Assembly: GCA_040876265.1 (NCBI GenBank)
Contig: JBBDPN010000001.1
Location: forward strand, 374,208 to 438,207
Origin: Candidatus Woykebacteria bacterium
GTDB taxonomy: Bacteria > Patescibacteriota > Microgenomatia > Woykebacterales > RBG-16-39-9b
Length of the DNA: 64,000 nt
Reading direction: 5' to 3'
Positions 28,832 through 38,763 of the stretch are shown here, piece after piece (within the stretch, counting starts at the first letter, position 1; every line of letters begins with the position of its first letter). The position numbers and the translations under genes were made by a program. The notes beneath the pieces are model-generated. The model was not told where the DNA came from, searched no databases, and saw only the letters and a program-made list of their open reading frames with translations.

Positions 28832-31558
28832 ATGTTTAAATTCCTAGGCTCTCTACTTGACTCCAACGAGAGGGAAGTAAACAAATTAAAACCCACTCTT
28901 GATCTGGTCAATTCATTTGAGAAAGACGTTAAGAAACTTTCGGACCAGAAACTGCGAGCAAAAACAGACGAGTTTCGTAAGAGGCTTGGTAAGGGGGAGA
29001 GTCTGGTAGATGTTTTGCCAGAAGCTTTTGCGGTGGTCCGAGAGGCAGCGGTAAGAACAATTGGCCAAAGACACTACGACGTGCAGATTGTCGGTGGAAT
29101 TGTTCTTCACAGCAGAAAAATCGCGGAGATGAAAACTGGTGAAGGTAAAACCCTTGTTTCTACCCTACCACTTTATCTAAATGCTTTAGAGGGAAAGGGT
29201 TCGCACCTGGTCACCGTAAACGATTATTTATCTAGGCGTGATGCGGAATGGATGGGACCAATTTATCATATGCTCGGTTTATCTGTTGGTATAATCAACC
29301 ACGACAAGTCGTTTGTTTTCGATCCGGAGCCGAAAACACCCGAAACTAGTAAAGAGGCGCTGAAAATGGACCCAGAAAGCTCACTATCACCAGAGGAGGA
29401 GGGTTTGGGTGTTGGAAAATTCCTGCGAGAAGTAAGTCGAAAAGAAGCCTACGCAGCTGATATCACCTATGGAACCAATAATGAGTTCGGTTTTGATTAT
29501 CTCCGCGACAATATGACCAACAGTTTGGATGAAATGGTCCAAAGACCCTTGCACTATTCAATAGTTGATGAGGTGGACTCAATTTTGATCGATGAAGCCC
29601 GCACTCCATTGATTATTTCGTCACCGGCAGAAGAAGCTACCGAAAAATACTACCAATTCGCCAAACTTGTTGAACAGCTAGTGAAAGAAACCGATTATAT
29701 ATTGGATGAAAAGCTAAAAACAGCTTCTCTTACTGAAATAGGGATATCGAAAATAGAAAGAGCCCTAGGGGTACCCAACCTTTATGAACGCGATTTCCAA
29801 ACGGTTCATCACATAGAAGAGGCCCTGAAAGGAAAAACTCTTTACCACAAGGATAAGGACTACGTTGTCCGAGAAGGGCAAGTAATCATTGTAGATGAGT
29901 TTACTGGCCGGCTGTTGCCAGGAAGAAGATACTCCGAGGGCCTACACCAAGCTATTGAAGCAAAAGAAGGGGTCCCAATCCAAAGAGAAAGTAGAACACT
30001 AGCAACTATCACCTTCCAGAATTACTTTAGACTTTATGACAAACTATCCGGAATGACTGGTACTGCGGCAACAAGCGCTGAAGAATTCCATAAAGTTTAC
30101 AGCCTTGACGTAGTTGTGGTACCAACGAATAAACCAATGGTACGTAAGGATCACGCCGATGCTGTCTATAAAACTGAGAAGTCAAAATGGCAAGCGGTGA
30201 TAGGGGAAATAGAAGAGAAGAACAAAGTGGGGCAGCCAGTCCTTGTAGGCACAACTTCTATAGAAAAGAACGAAATGCTCTCTGACTTTCTGAAGAGAAA
30301 AAAGATAACCCACGAAGTTTTGAATGCAAAAAATCACGAAAAAGAGGCCCAGATCATTACCGATGCCGGACAAAAGGGCGCCGTAACAATCGCCACAAAC
30401 ATTGCCGGAAGGGGTGTCGATATAAAACTTGGTGACGGGGTTACAAAACTTGGAGGCCTTCACATTGTCGGCACTGAGCATCACGAGGCAAGAAGAATTG
30501 ATAACCAACTCCGGGGTCGTAGCGGTCGTCAGGGAGATCCGGGTAGCAGCCGTTTCTTCGTTTCTCTGCAGGATGATATGATCAGACTTTTCGGTGGTGA
30601 CTCTATCTCAAACATAATGAACACCTTAAAAATTCCGGAAGATGTACCAATTGAAAATACGATGGTAACAAAAGCCTTAGAGTCTGCTCAAGGTAGAGTT
30701 GAGGGCCACAATTTTGATATTCGTAAACGGCTGGTTGATTATGACGATGTTTTGAACAAACAGAGAGAAATCATCTACAAACAGCGTCGTGATATCTTGG
30801 GACTTTCATCTTCGAAAGATAAAAAAGATCAACTGAAGCTACGGGACATGGTGATAGAGAAAATTAACTCCGAGATAGACACCCTACTGGCCTCTTCCCA
30901 GACAGAAACGAAGGGGCTAGATTTTGAAAGGATCGCAACCGAATTTTTTTCTATCATCCCTTTTGATGAAAATTCCCAGAAAACCCTGAAGGGGCAGATC
31001 GAGAAACTGGCCGGAGAGCAAAAAATAAAGGAGTTTCTACTAAAGATAATAACCGACCTCTACGGATCTCGCGAAAAACAATACGGAGAAGATATTGCCC
31101 GTCAGATAGAGAGACTCGTTCTTCTATCGACAATTGACTCTCTTTGGATAAATCACCTTGAGGACGTAGATTATCTTCGGGAAGGTATCGGACTACAAGG
31201 CTATGCTGCCAAAGATCCACTTGTGGAGTACAAGGGTGAAGCCTTTAAACTTTTTGAGGATTTGATACGATCAATCGATTTTGAGATTGTTCACCGGATA
31301 TTTAAAATCCAAGTTGTTCCGCAGGGACAACAAGATCAACATGCTGGTCACCAACACGCACCAGCAACTACTACAACCTCTACTAGCGCAGGCGATATCT
31401 CAGAAACCGGCGCTCGTGATGAATCTCTGGTACCAGCCGGGAAAACAAAGATAGGCCGCAATGATCCTTGTCCATGCGGTTCCGGTCTCAAGTATAAGAA
31501 GTGCGGGAATATAAATAGCCCGACCCATCAAGAAAATATGGCCAAGGCTAAAGCCTAA
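28832..31558 (+). CDS. secA: Preprotein translocase ATPase SecA
   Basis: 908 aa with DEAD-like motor motifs (MKTGEGKTLV; IVDEVDSILIDEARTPLIIS) and a C-terminal zinc-binding tail CPCGSGLKYKKCG. Confidence 0.95.
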   Translation: MFKFLGSLLDSNEREVNKLKPTLDLVNSFEKDVKKLSDQKLRAKTDEFRKRLGKGESLVDVLPEAFAVVREAAVRTIGQRHYDVQIVGGIVLHSRKIAEMKTGEGKTLVSTLPLYLNALEGKGSHLVTVNDYLSRRDAEWMGPIYHMLGLSVGIINHDKSFVFDPEPKTPETSKEALKMDPESSLSPEEEGLGVGKFLREVSRKEAYAADITYGTNNEFGFDYLRDNMTNSLDEMVQRPLHYSIVDEVDSILIDEARTPLIISSPAEEATEKYYQFAKLVEQLVKETDYILDEKLKTASLTEIGISKIERALGVPNLYERDFQTVHHIEEALKGKTLYHKDKDYVVREGQVIIVDEFTGRLLPGRRYSEGLHQAIEAKEGVPIQRESRTLATITFQNYFRLYDKLSGMTGTAATSAEEFHKVYSLDVVVVPTNKPMVRKDHADAVYKTEKSKWQAVIGEIEEKNKVGQPVLVGTTSIEKNEMLSDFLKRKKITHEVLNAKNHEKEAQIITDAGQKGAVTIATNIAGRGVDIKLGDGVTKLGGLHIVGTEHHEARRIDNQLRGRSGRQGDPGSSRFFVSLQDDMIRLFGGDSISNIMNTLKIPEDVPIENTMVTKALESAQGRVEGHNFDIRKRLVDYDDVLNKQREIIYKQRRDILGLSSSKDKKDQLKLRDMVIEKINSEIDTLLASSQTETKGLDFERIATEFFSIIPFDENSQKTLKGQIEKLAGEQKIKEFLLKIITDLYGSREKQYGEDIARQIERLVLLSTIDSLWINHLEDVDYLREGIGLQGYAAKDPLVEYKGEAFKLFEDLIRSIDFEIVHRIFKIQVVPQGQQDQHAGHQHAPATTTTSTSAGDISETGARDESLVPAGKTKIGRNDPCPCGSGLKYKKCGNINSPTHQENMAKAKA

Positions 31559-31726
31559 AACACACCTAAATTCTCTAAGTTATAGGTCCAATTTTAGGCC
31601 GTTTCATAACTTATTACATCCATGGGGATACCCAACATTTTTACTCAATTTCAAACTTAGGTACTGTTAATCAAGTTATAGTTGCAAAAAACAATTGAAT
31701 AGTTTTTTATAGAATTACAACCATTT

Positions 31727-32533
31727 ATGAACAAACTAGTCCAACTTCTGCGGTATGACGTCAGGGCACAAATTGGGTTTATACTTTTCCTAATTTCACT
31801 TTACACAACCTTTGTAGGCAAATTTTATCAGGAATCTATCGACATCTATATTGCTGTTGCCGCGGCAATAATTATCGATGGTCTTATTTTGAGACTCCAA
31901 AAGAAAAAGTTTGTATTTCCTTATTCGGCAGTAGTTGCCGGCTTTTTAATCGGTCTTATATTGAATCCTCAGCTTCCATCTTGGCAATTTGCGTTGATTG
32001 CATCCATAGCAATTATTTCCAAATATTTGATCTTGCCAGGTAAGAGTCATATATTCAATCCAGCTGCATTTGGTCTTGTATTTGCGTCAATTATTTTTGA
32101 TGGGGCAATTTCTTGGTGGGGTGTTGCTTGGAGCAGTCAGATTTGGATTTTTATATTTCTTGCTGCTGGATATGTGCTTTTGAGACTTAGAAGAATTTGG
32201 TTACCAGTTGGGTTTTTACTGGTTTATTGGTCCTATTTAACTATTATCGGTGGGTTTTCTATTTCTATAATTTCCGATCCCACTGTAGCTCTCTTTACGT
32301 TTGTAATGCTTCCAGAACCACAAACGTCACCAATCAGGAACTATTTTAGGTACTTATTCGGAGTTTTAGTTGCTCTCTCACTAGTTTTTTATTCAGCGCT
32401 AGTACCCAAACTCCAAACCGATCTTCTGTTAATTTCGCTTTTAACAGCAAACCTATTGGCTTTTATATTTCTAATATTACAGTCTAAGATCTCAGCTTTT
32501 GGTGTCGCTAAAAAACCAAAGCCCCCAGTTTGA
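31727..32533 (+). CDS. Polytopic membrane protein of unknown function
   Basis: 268 aa with about 8 hydrophobic helices. No recognisable motif. Confidence 0.4.
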   Translation: MNKLVQLLRYDVRAQIGFILFLISLYTTFVGKFYQESIDIYIAVAAAIIIDGLILRLQKKKFVFPYSAVVAGFLIGLILNPQLPSWQFALIASIAIISKYLILPGKSHIFNPAAFGLVFASIIFDGAISWWGVAWSSQIWIFIFLAAGYVLLRLRRIWLPVGFLLVYWSYLTIIGGFSISIISDPTVALFTFVMLPEPQTSPIRNYFRYLFGVLVALSLVFYSALVPKLQTDLLLISLLTANLLAFIFLILQSKISAFGVAKKPKPPV

Positions 32534-32535
32534 TT

Positions 32536-33183
32536 CTAAGGTCTGCCTTCTGGTGTATTAGTTGGAACTGAAGGGTTTTGTATCTTATCTTGCATCTCAG
32601 CCGGCACCTTATCCTCGATAGTTGGGATGTCGGTCTTTACTTTGTTGATAACTTCTTCTAGTTTCTCACCAGATATAGCAGAAGATGCTTCTTCAAAACC
32701 TCTGGCTGAAACTTCCTGAGCTTTCTGTATAGCTGGTTGTGCTTCTTCAGGTACTTTATCGTAGACATCAGAAAGGGTAGCTTGATGTCTAAGGGTGTTT
32801 TCAGTAATTATGGCAAGTACTTCTTCTGTGTCTTTACCTTGGGATTTTGCTTCTTGAGCTTTGGCTAATGCATCTTCTAAATGCTGCTCGTAACGAACGG
32901 TAGCCTCTGCTATTTTGTCTTCTGCTGCACCGGCGTTTTGTAAGGCCTCAAGCTCTTGTAGTCTTTCTTGAGCTAGAGCGATCTGAGCTTGAGCTTTGGC
33001 TTCGGGTGCGTTTGCCATAGCCAGTTGTATACCCTCAACTGCTCTATCTATTCCGTAAAGCAAATCTCCCGGTTTACTACCGTTGGAAGCTACCGCAGTT
33101 GCACTAACACCAACCACAACGACACCAATGACGGCTAGAAGCACAAGTGGTGCGATGCCTTTTTGACTTTTGAGTGTTTGCAT
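32536..33183 (-). CDS. Secreted/membrane-anchored alpha-helical protein, Ala/Glu/Gln-rich (CPR-type DUF)
   Basis: N-terminal TM/signal segment (IAPLVLLAVIGVVVVGVSATAVA) followed by a low-complexity helical region. Local GC is higher than the surroundings. Confidence 0.35.
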   Translation of the reverse strand: MQTLKSQKGIAPLVLLAVIGVVVVGVSATAVASNGSKPGDLLYGIDRAVEGIQLAMANAPEAKAQAQIALAQERLQELEALQNAGAAEDKIAEATVRYEQHLEDALAKAQEAKSQGKDTEEVLAIITENTLRHQATLSDVYDKVPEEAQPAIQKAQEVSARGFEEASSAISGEKLEEVINKVKTDIPTIEDKVPAEMQDKIQNPSVPTNTPEGRP

Positions 33184-33339
33184 TAAATATCACCTTCTTT
33201 CGTATTAATAAAATAAGTGTATATTACTATTATCGATAGATGCTTATTTGGTGTCAAATTGCATTTTTGAACCTATGGGAGGACCATTATGCCAGCACTT
33301 CAAGAAATGTGGTCTAGTTGGAGCCCCGCAACATAAATC

Positions 33340-33996
33340 TTAATCGCGCCAACCGTGTTCGCCGATCAAAGGTACGAAACGCACCGATTCTACCTCTGAA
33401 AGTTCTAATCTGCCATTTTGTTTCTCCCCAACCATCAGCTTCTGGTTCCATATATCTTTACCAACAGGAATCACAATCCTCCCACCCTGGACCAGTTGAT
33501 CTGAGAGTGGTTTTGGCACTCCTCTTGCCCCAGCGGTAACGATTATGCCATCGTACGGCGCAAATTTTGTCAGGCCCAAGCTTCCATCACCTTCAAAGAC
33601 GTGAACATTTTGGCAACCAAGCTTTTTCAATGTTTTTTCCGCTCTATCAGCCAAATCTTTAATCCTCTCAATCGTAAAGACTTCTTTTACCAGCTTGGAA
33701 AGAATAGCGGCTTGATATCCAGATCCCGTCCCAACCTCCAGAACTTTATCACTTTTTTTCAGTCCAAGAAGATTTGTCATAAGGGCAACCAGTGAGGGTT
33801 GGCTTATGGTTTGTCCTTCCCCGATTGGTAAAGCTATATCCTCATATGACGAATTTTTAAGATCATCCGGCACAAACTCGTGTCTTGGGATTTGGAGAAA
33901 GGCACTAGTTATTTCTTCGTCAACATCCAGGGGTTTTATACTATCTTGAACCAATTTATTTCGTTTTTCTTCGTAAAGTTCCTTACTCATGAGCAT
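33340..33996 (-). CDS. pcm: Protein-L-isoaspartate O-methyltransferase
   Basis: GQTISQPSLVALMTNLL and VLEVGTGSGYQAAILS are PIMT motifs. The start is probably ATG 33996 or 33990. Confidence 0.8.
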   Translation of the reverse strand: MLMSKELYEEKRNKLVQDSIKPLDVDEEITSAFLQIPRHEFVPDDLKNSSYEDIALPIGEGQTISQPSLVALMTNLLGLKKSDKVLEVGTGSGYQAAILSKLVKEVFTIERIKDLADRAEKTLKKLGCQNVHVFEGDGSLGLTKFAPYDGIIVTAGARGVPKPLSDQLVQGGRIVIPVGKDIWNQKLMVGEKQNGRLELSEVESVRFVPLIGEHGWRD

Positions 33997-34193
33997 TATT
34001 TTCCTCTCTAGTAATAGCTCTGGTAATGGCACTTTGTCAAGAATTTTTGATCTAAGCGTTGACAGGTAATAATTACTTGGCAGATAATTTCGAGGATGGC
34101 CTCACTTATAATACCCACGTTTAATGAAGAAAAAAGTCTTGCCTCTTCTTTGGGAAAGCCAACGGCGTTAAAGAAAAAAACTTTGACTTCGGC

Positions 34194-34760
34194 TTGGGCA
34201 AGGATAATATTTTAATGTTTATCGATCTATTCAAAATTCGCCTCGATCACAGCGAAAAAACTGGATCGCTAGCAGAAAAATTTTTCTTTCAACTTTATCG
34301 CCGGCGGACGCTGTGGAAATTTGCTATGGTCGGTACCAGCGGAGCAATAATAGATTACTCACTTTTTTTTGTTCTAACAAGATTTTTGGGGCTGCCACCA
34401 CTAGCAGCAAACCCTATTTCTGTTGAAGCGGCTATCATATGGAATTTTACCTGGAACAATATTTGGACTTTTTCGGCACGGACGGTACCAAAACCACTTT
34501 GGAAAAAATTTTTAACTTTTCAACTTGTTTCTCTGGGAGGACTGCTTCTCTCTCAAAATTCCCTGTTCTTATTTAGCTACCTACTAAATATTTTTGATCT
34601 AATCGCCAAAGCTTTGACGATACCAATAGTAGCTTTGTTTAATTATCTGGTAAATAGCCGCTGGACCTTTCGGGACATCTCGCGCGGGAGATCCAGGTGG
34701 TACGCTTACGTGGTCTTTATTTTCACTCTTTTTATTTTTTATCTTATTTTGACCTATTAA
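34194..34760 (+). CDS. GtrA-family polysaccharide-synthesis membrane protein
   Basis: 188 aa with 4 TM segments. KFAMVGTSGAIIDYSLFFVLT matches the GtrA N-terminus. A TTGACT-N16-TAATAT promoter lies directly upstream. Confidence 0.6.
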   Translation: MGKDNILMFIDLFKIRLDHSEKTGSLAEKFFFQLYRRRTLWKFAMVGTSGAIIDYSLFFVLTRFLGLPPLAANPISVEAAIIWNFTWNNIWTFSARTVPKPLWKKFLTFQLVSLGGLLLSQNSLFLFSYLLNIFDLIAKALTIPIVALFNYLVNSRWTFRDISRGRSRWYAYVVFIFTLFIFYLILTY

Positions 34761-34971
34761 TTTCGTAGTAATTACTTTAGGTTCGAAGAACGGCCATGAC
34801 ACAAAGAGTTATCTAGCAGTGCGCTTTTTACATTTATAATTAACCCAACAATCAATAAATCTATCAATCTACCAACTTGACTAAATAGTCTGAAAACCGA
34901 TAATATATTTCTTAGTACTTTCCTTTATTTCCACATTCCACTAAAAGGTGGGATTGAAAGGGGGTGAAAAT

Positions 34972-35358
34972 ATGGATTCACGCACAGTTCGCGCTGGGAC
35001 AGGTGCAGGGGTAGTTGCCCTCCTTTTAGGCGGCGCCCTAGGTACCTATGGCGGTTGGTCCGCCGTATTTTCTCTCGCTGCAAATGATGTTGGTTTTTGG
35101 CTCATCGCCGTATCTCTTAGTGTTTTCTTAGCTTTCATCTATGGCTATTGGTTCAACGCTTTTTTGCCAGGAACCTCCACTGTTCGAGGAGCAACTTACG
35201 GTGTTTTAGTCTGGATCTTAATGCTTATCTTGGGTGGTGTGTTTGCTTTCTTTAGGGAAGCCACCTTCCCAGATCCGTCAGGACCAACTGTTTTCCTAGC
35301 CCTCATACTTCACGTTGTCTGGGGAGCAGTTCTAGGTGTGCTTTTCGAAACAAGGTGA
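34972..35358 (+). CDS. Small membrane protein of unknown function
   Basis: The ATG is preceded by a strong SD (AAGGGGGTG). A TTGACT-N18-TAATAT promoter lies upstream. The protein has 4 hydrophobic helices. The gene is GC-enriched. Confidence 0.4.
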   Translation: MDSRTVRAGTGAGVVALLLGGALGTYGGWSAVFSLAANDVGFWLIAVSLSVFLAFIYGYWFNAFLPGTSTVRGATYGVLVWILMLILGGVFAFFREATFPDPSGPTVFLALILHVVWGAVLGVLFETR

Positions 35359-35531
35359 GTAGTAGGTGGCCACAAGTCAATATCCACTGCTAACAGCTAT
35401 AATTTGTTAGTGATAATTTGAGTCCTTTTGTCTTGGTATCCCTCCAAACTTGGTGAAATTTCTCAATTCTTATATAACCGCAAGATTACATCTCGCGCTT
35501 GTTTCTCTGGCGAGATATAATTACCTCCGCC

Positions 35532-36620
35532 ATGGAAGTAATTGTTGAAAAACTTAAATATTTACAGGAAAACTTAAAAAAACTTGAAAAAAATTTAGAT
35601 TTAGAAACCAAAGGAAAGAGTCTGCGTGAGCTTGAAGCAAAGACTATGAAGGCCGATTTTTGGCAAGATATAACTTATGCTACGGCTACGATGGAAAAAA
35701 TTTCTTTTCTTAAAAAAGAGATCGAGGGGATTGATCGTCTGCAGAAACGGGTTGAAACCTCCTTGGAACTGACCTCTCTACCGCAAGAAGCCTCTGAAAT
35801 TAAAGTGGATTTGGAAAAGGAAGCCCAGTCTATAGAAAATGAGTTTGACAAATTGGAATTTAATTTATTTTTATCCGGCAAATACGACGCCGGTTCCGCA
35901 ATTGTCTCGATCCACGCCGGCCAGGGGGGTACCGAGGCGATGGACTGGGCGCAGATGCTACTGCGAATGTATCTTCGTTTTGCTGAGAAAAAAGAATGGA
36001 AATCTGCCTTAATATCGGAAACAAAAGGTGAGGAGGCTGGAATAAAAAGTGCGGTCATTGAAATTTCCGGACCCTTAGTTTATGGATACCTAAAAAAGGA
36101 GGCTGGTACCCACCGCTTGGTCCGCCAATCCCCCTTTAACGCGGATCGCCTCCGCCAAACCTCCTTTGCATTGGTAGAAGTCCTACCGGTGATAGAGGAC
36201 ACAAAAGAAATTGAAATCTCAACTGATGATCTGGAAATTGACACTTTTCGCGCCTCTGGTCCAGGTGGCCAAAACGTCCAAAAAGTAGAAACCGCTGTTC
36301 GTATCCGTCATAAACCAACTGGCCTAGTGGTCGCCGCTCAAAGCGAGCGCTCACAAGGCCAAAACAAGGAAAACGCAATGAAGTTGCTCCGCGCCAAGCT
36401 CTCGGCTTTGGATGAGCAAAAAAGGGAACAGGAGGAGAGAAAGCTCAAAGGTGAATACAAATCTGCTTCTTGGGGAAATCAAATTCGCAACTATATTCTC
36501 CACCCGTATAAACTTGTGAAGGATTTACGCACAAATGTAGAAAGTAAGGATCCATCAGCGGTTTTGGATGGTGATTTGGACCAGTTCGTCGAAGCCGAGG
36601 TCAAAATCGGTAAATCCTAA
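35532..36620 (+). CDS. prfB: Peptide chain release factor 2
   Basis: It has the SPF tripeptide ([12 protein letters not shown]) and the GGQ motif ([16 protein letters not shown]). The reading frame is continuous from the N-terminus, so no +1 programmed frameshift site is present. Confidence 0.9.
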   Translation: MEVIVEKLKYLQENLKKLEKNLDLETKGKSLRELEAKTMKADFWQDITYATATMEKISFLKKEIEGIDRLQKRVETSLELTSLPQEASEIKVDLEKEAQSIENEFDKLEFNLFLSGKYDAGSAIVSIHAGQGGTEAMDWAQMLLRMYLRFAEKKEWKSALISETKGEEAGIKSAVIEISGPLVYGYLKKEAGTHRLVRQSPFNADRLRQTSFALVEVLPVIEDTKEIEISTDDLEIDTFRASGPGGQNVQKVETAVRIRHKPTGLVVAAQSERSQGQNKENAMKLLRAKLSALDEQKREQEERKLKGEYKSASWGNQIRNYILHPYKLVKDLRTNVESKDPSAVLDGDLDQFVEAEVKIGKS

Positions 36621-36738
36621 ATACGAAATGCGAAATTCTAAACAAACTCTAATATTTAAATCTCAATACTCAGACTTTTGAATTTAAGAATTAAAATTTG
36701 GATATTGTTTCGTATTTAGAAATTCGAATTTAGAATTT
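36621..36738. terminator. AT-rich extended inverted repeat between convergent prfB and the M23 peptidase gene (bidirectional terminator candidate)
   Basis: CTAAATACGAAA...GAAATTCTAAA at 36620-36645 is mirrored by TTTCGTATTTAGAAATTCGAATTTAGAATTT at about 36705-36735. Confidence 0.4.
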
Positions 36739-37872
36739 TTACTGTATATGCCAATATATGGTTTGCCAGCCATTAGAGTGGTGGATCACGATACCTTTAC
36801 CAACTGTTCCTGTCAACCAACAAGCCGATCCATCAGTAGCTAGATAAGCAACTCCATCTCTAGCGGCAAGAATAGGGGCGCCGTGATACTGCACCATATC
36901 TATACCATTGTGACCGGGCATACCAAAGTTGTTCCAATACCACCAGTAGTTCGCACCAAACCACTGAGTAACTGTTGGACTGCTCAAAGGCCAGCGCAGC
37001 GCTCCTGAATCAAGATAAGGCTTGGGGTTTACAGCACGGCCGCCTATATAGAAACCGAAATGTAAATGGCTACCGGTCGAGCATCCAGTGTTTCCTTGAA
37101 AGGCGATTACCTCGCCTTTCTTCACCGGTCCGAGACGAACTCCCCCACCACCCAAAGCAGCTGCTATTGAGGCTATCTCACTTTGTACTTGAGCTAGAAG
37201 TCTTTGGTACTCTTTTTCGTTATTTCGCGTTTGTCCTAGTACGTACTCTTTGGAAGATTCTTGGGCAGCTAGATCAGAATTTTTTTGTTCCAGGTCCTTC
37301 TTTAGTTCCTCTTCCTTTTTCTGTTTTCCTTCCAATGTTAGTTTCTGGCCACTGAATTGCTTTTTCAGTGATTCAAGTTCCTCAAGCAACGCTAGATCCT
37401 GCTCCCGGATGACTTCAGTGTATTTTTGTCTAACTAGGAAATCATTAAAACTATCTGACCCAAGAAATGAATCTACCGTTCCATTGTAGCTCTGTTTATA
37501 AATCGTCCGTAGCCGCAGCTGCGCAACCGACTCTGTGTAGTCGATATCTTCTTTGGTTTGGTTTAATTTAAGAGTTACGTCGTCTATGTCAGAGGCTAGT
37601 TGCGTGAGCCTCGTCTTTGTTTCTTCAATTTCCAGTCTGGTGAGCTCTATTTGGTTGTTTAGGTAGTCTATTTCCGATTTTAAGCTTTTCTGCTGCTGCT
37701 GAGCATTTGCAATTTTATTGCGTAGTTCCTCTTGCTTGCGTAAATTCTCATTAAGTTGGTCGATCAACCCACCACTATTTTTCCCGTGACTTTGATCGTT
37801 GTGAGCAAACACACCACTTGCGGTAAAAAGCAAGGCTATTGAAAAGATTGTTACAACAATTCTTTTAAACAT
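36739..37872 (-). CDS. M23-family metallopeptidase with N-terminal coiled coil (EnvC-like)
   Basis: Signal/TM N-terminus and a long coiled coil. The C-terminal M23 motifs are GNTGCSTGSHLHFGF and HH. The gene is directly downstream of ftsX. Confidence 0.75.
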   Translation of the reverse strand: MFKRIVVTIFSIALLFTASGVFAHNDQSHGKNSGGLIDQLNENLRKQEELRNKIANAQQQQKSLKSEIDYLNNQIELTRLEIEETKTRLTQLASDIDDVTLKLNQTKEDIDYTESVAQLRLRTIYKQSYNGTVDSFLGSDSFNDFLVRQKYTEVIREQDLALLEELESLKKQFSGQKLTLEGKQKKEEELKKDLEQKNSDLAAQESSKEYVLGQTRNNEKEYQRLLAQVQSEIASIAAALGGGGVRLGPVKKGEVIAFQGNTGCSTGSHLHFGFYIGGRAVNPKPYLDSGALRWPLSSPTVTQWFGANYWWYWNNFGMPGHNGIDMVQYHGAPILAARDGVAYLATDGSACWLTGTVGKGIVIHHSNGWQTIYWHIQ

Positions 37873-37875
37873 AAA

Positions 37876-38757
37876 CTATACTGATAAGTATTTCCTGGTT
37901 GCTACTACAGATCCTATTATACCAACCAGACTTCCGACAAAGACTTCGAATATAAGCAGGTAACCAAAAGTTTCCGCAGTGGCGGAAAGCAACGGTATAT
38001 CACTAAATACCTTCTGGATACTTGGTGAAACCCAAGAATAGGAACCCCAAAGTGTTAGGGTCGCTACTAGTGCGCTAAAACCACCGTAAAAAATACCCTC
38101 AAATATAAACGGCAACCGAATATACCAACTTGTAGCTCCAACTAGCTTCATTATTTCGATTTCGTCCCTGTGGAGTGAAATGTTTAGACCAATAACGATC
38201 AGAGTGGTCAGGATAGATGTGATCAATAGAAAGATAGCCACGGCAGCTCCGACGTTCCTTACGGTTCGGGCCCAGCTACTTAGGGTTTCGATGATGTTCT
38301 GCTGAAATACCACCTCCTCAACGGCGGTGTTTTTTCTTAATGTGTCGGCGACTGTTGCTAGATCGTCTAACTTGTAGGTTGATACTTCAAGGCTAGCTGG
38401 TAAGATATCGGCGGTGACAAACTCTATCAATAGCGGCTCGTTTTTATTTCTCTCTTTGTAAATTTCTAACGCTTCTTCTTTGGAAACATATTTAGTTTTT
38501 GAAACCACGCCTGTCTCGGTAAGAGTCTTCTGGATCCCACCCACAGTTTCCTCGCTGGTATCATCCTTCAAAAAGGCGGTTACTTGCGGTCGTGACTCGA
38601 AATACGATAGTAAGGCGTTGGAACCGAGAATTACCAAAGCGAAAGACCCAACAATAAAAAAGGTTAGGAACATCACTAGAAACGCCGCTAGAGCATGGTA
38701 GGGGTTACGAGCTACCCTTTGGGCGGCTATTTTTAGGAGTCTTGGCAGGTTTTTCAT
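37876..38757 (-). CDS. ftsX: Cell-division ABC transporter permease FtsX
   Basis: 293 aa with 4 TM segments and a large periplasmic loop. It follows ftsE. Confidence 0.8.
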   Translation of the reverse strand: MKNLPRLLKIAAQRVARNPYHALAAFLVMFLTFFIVGSFALVILGSNALLSYFESRPQVTAFLKDDTSEETVGGIQKTLTETGVVSKTKYVSKEEALEIYKERNKNEPLLIEFVTADILPASLEVSTYKLDDLATVADTLRKNTAVEEVVFQQNIIETLSSWARTVRNVGAAVAIFLLITSILTTLIVIGLNISLHRDEIEIMKLVGATSWYIRLPFIFEGIFYGGFSALVATLTLWGSYSWVSPSIQKVFSDIPLLSATAETFGYLLIFEVFVGSLVGIIGSVVATRKYLSV

Positions 38758-38763
38758 CCCTTT

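Noticed and set aside
34032-34193. TTGACA...ATAAT and TTGGCA...TATAAT combinations upstream of pcm/gtrA as additional promoters
   Set aside because: Spacer lengths are 19-22 nt, which is too long. Only the TTGACT-N16-TAATAT element immediately upstream of gtrA has canonical spacing.
35499-35531. Upstream TTG start for prfB ([11 protein letters not shown]...)
   Set aside because: The TTG lies inside a 7-bp hairpin and adds residues not seen in RF2 N-termini. ATG 35532 is preferred, though the true start cannot be settled from sequence.
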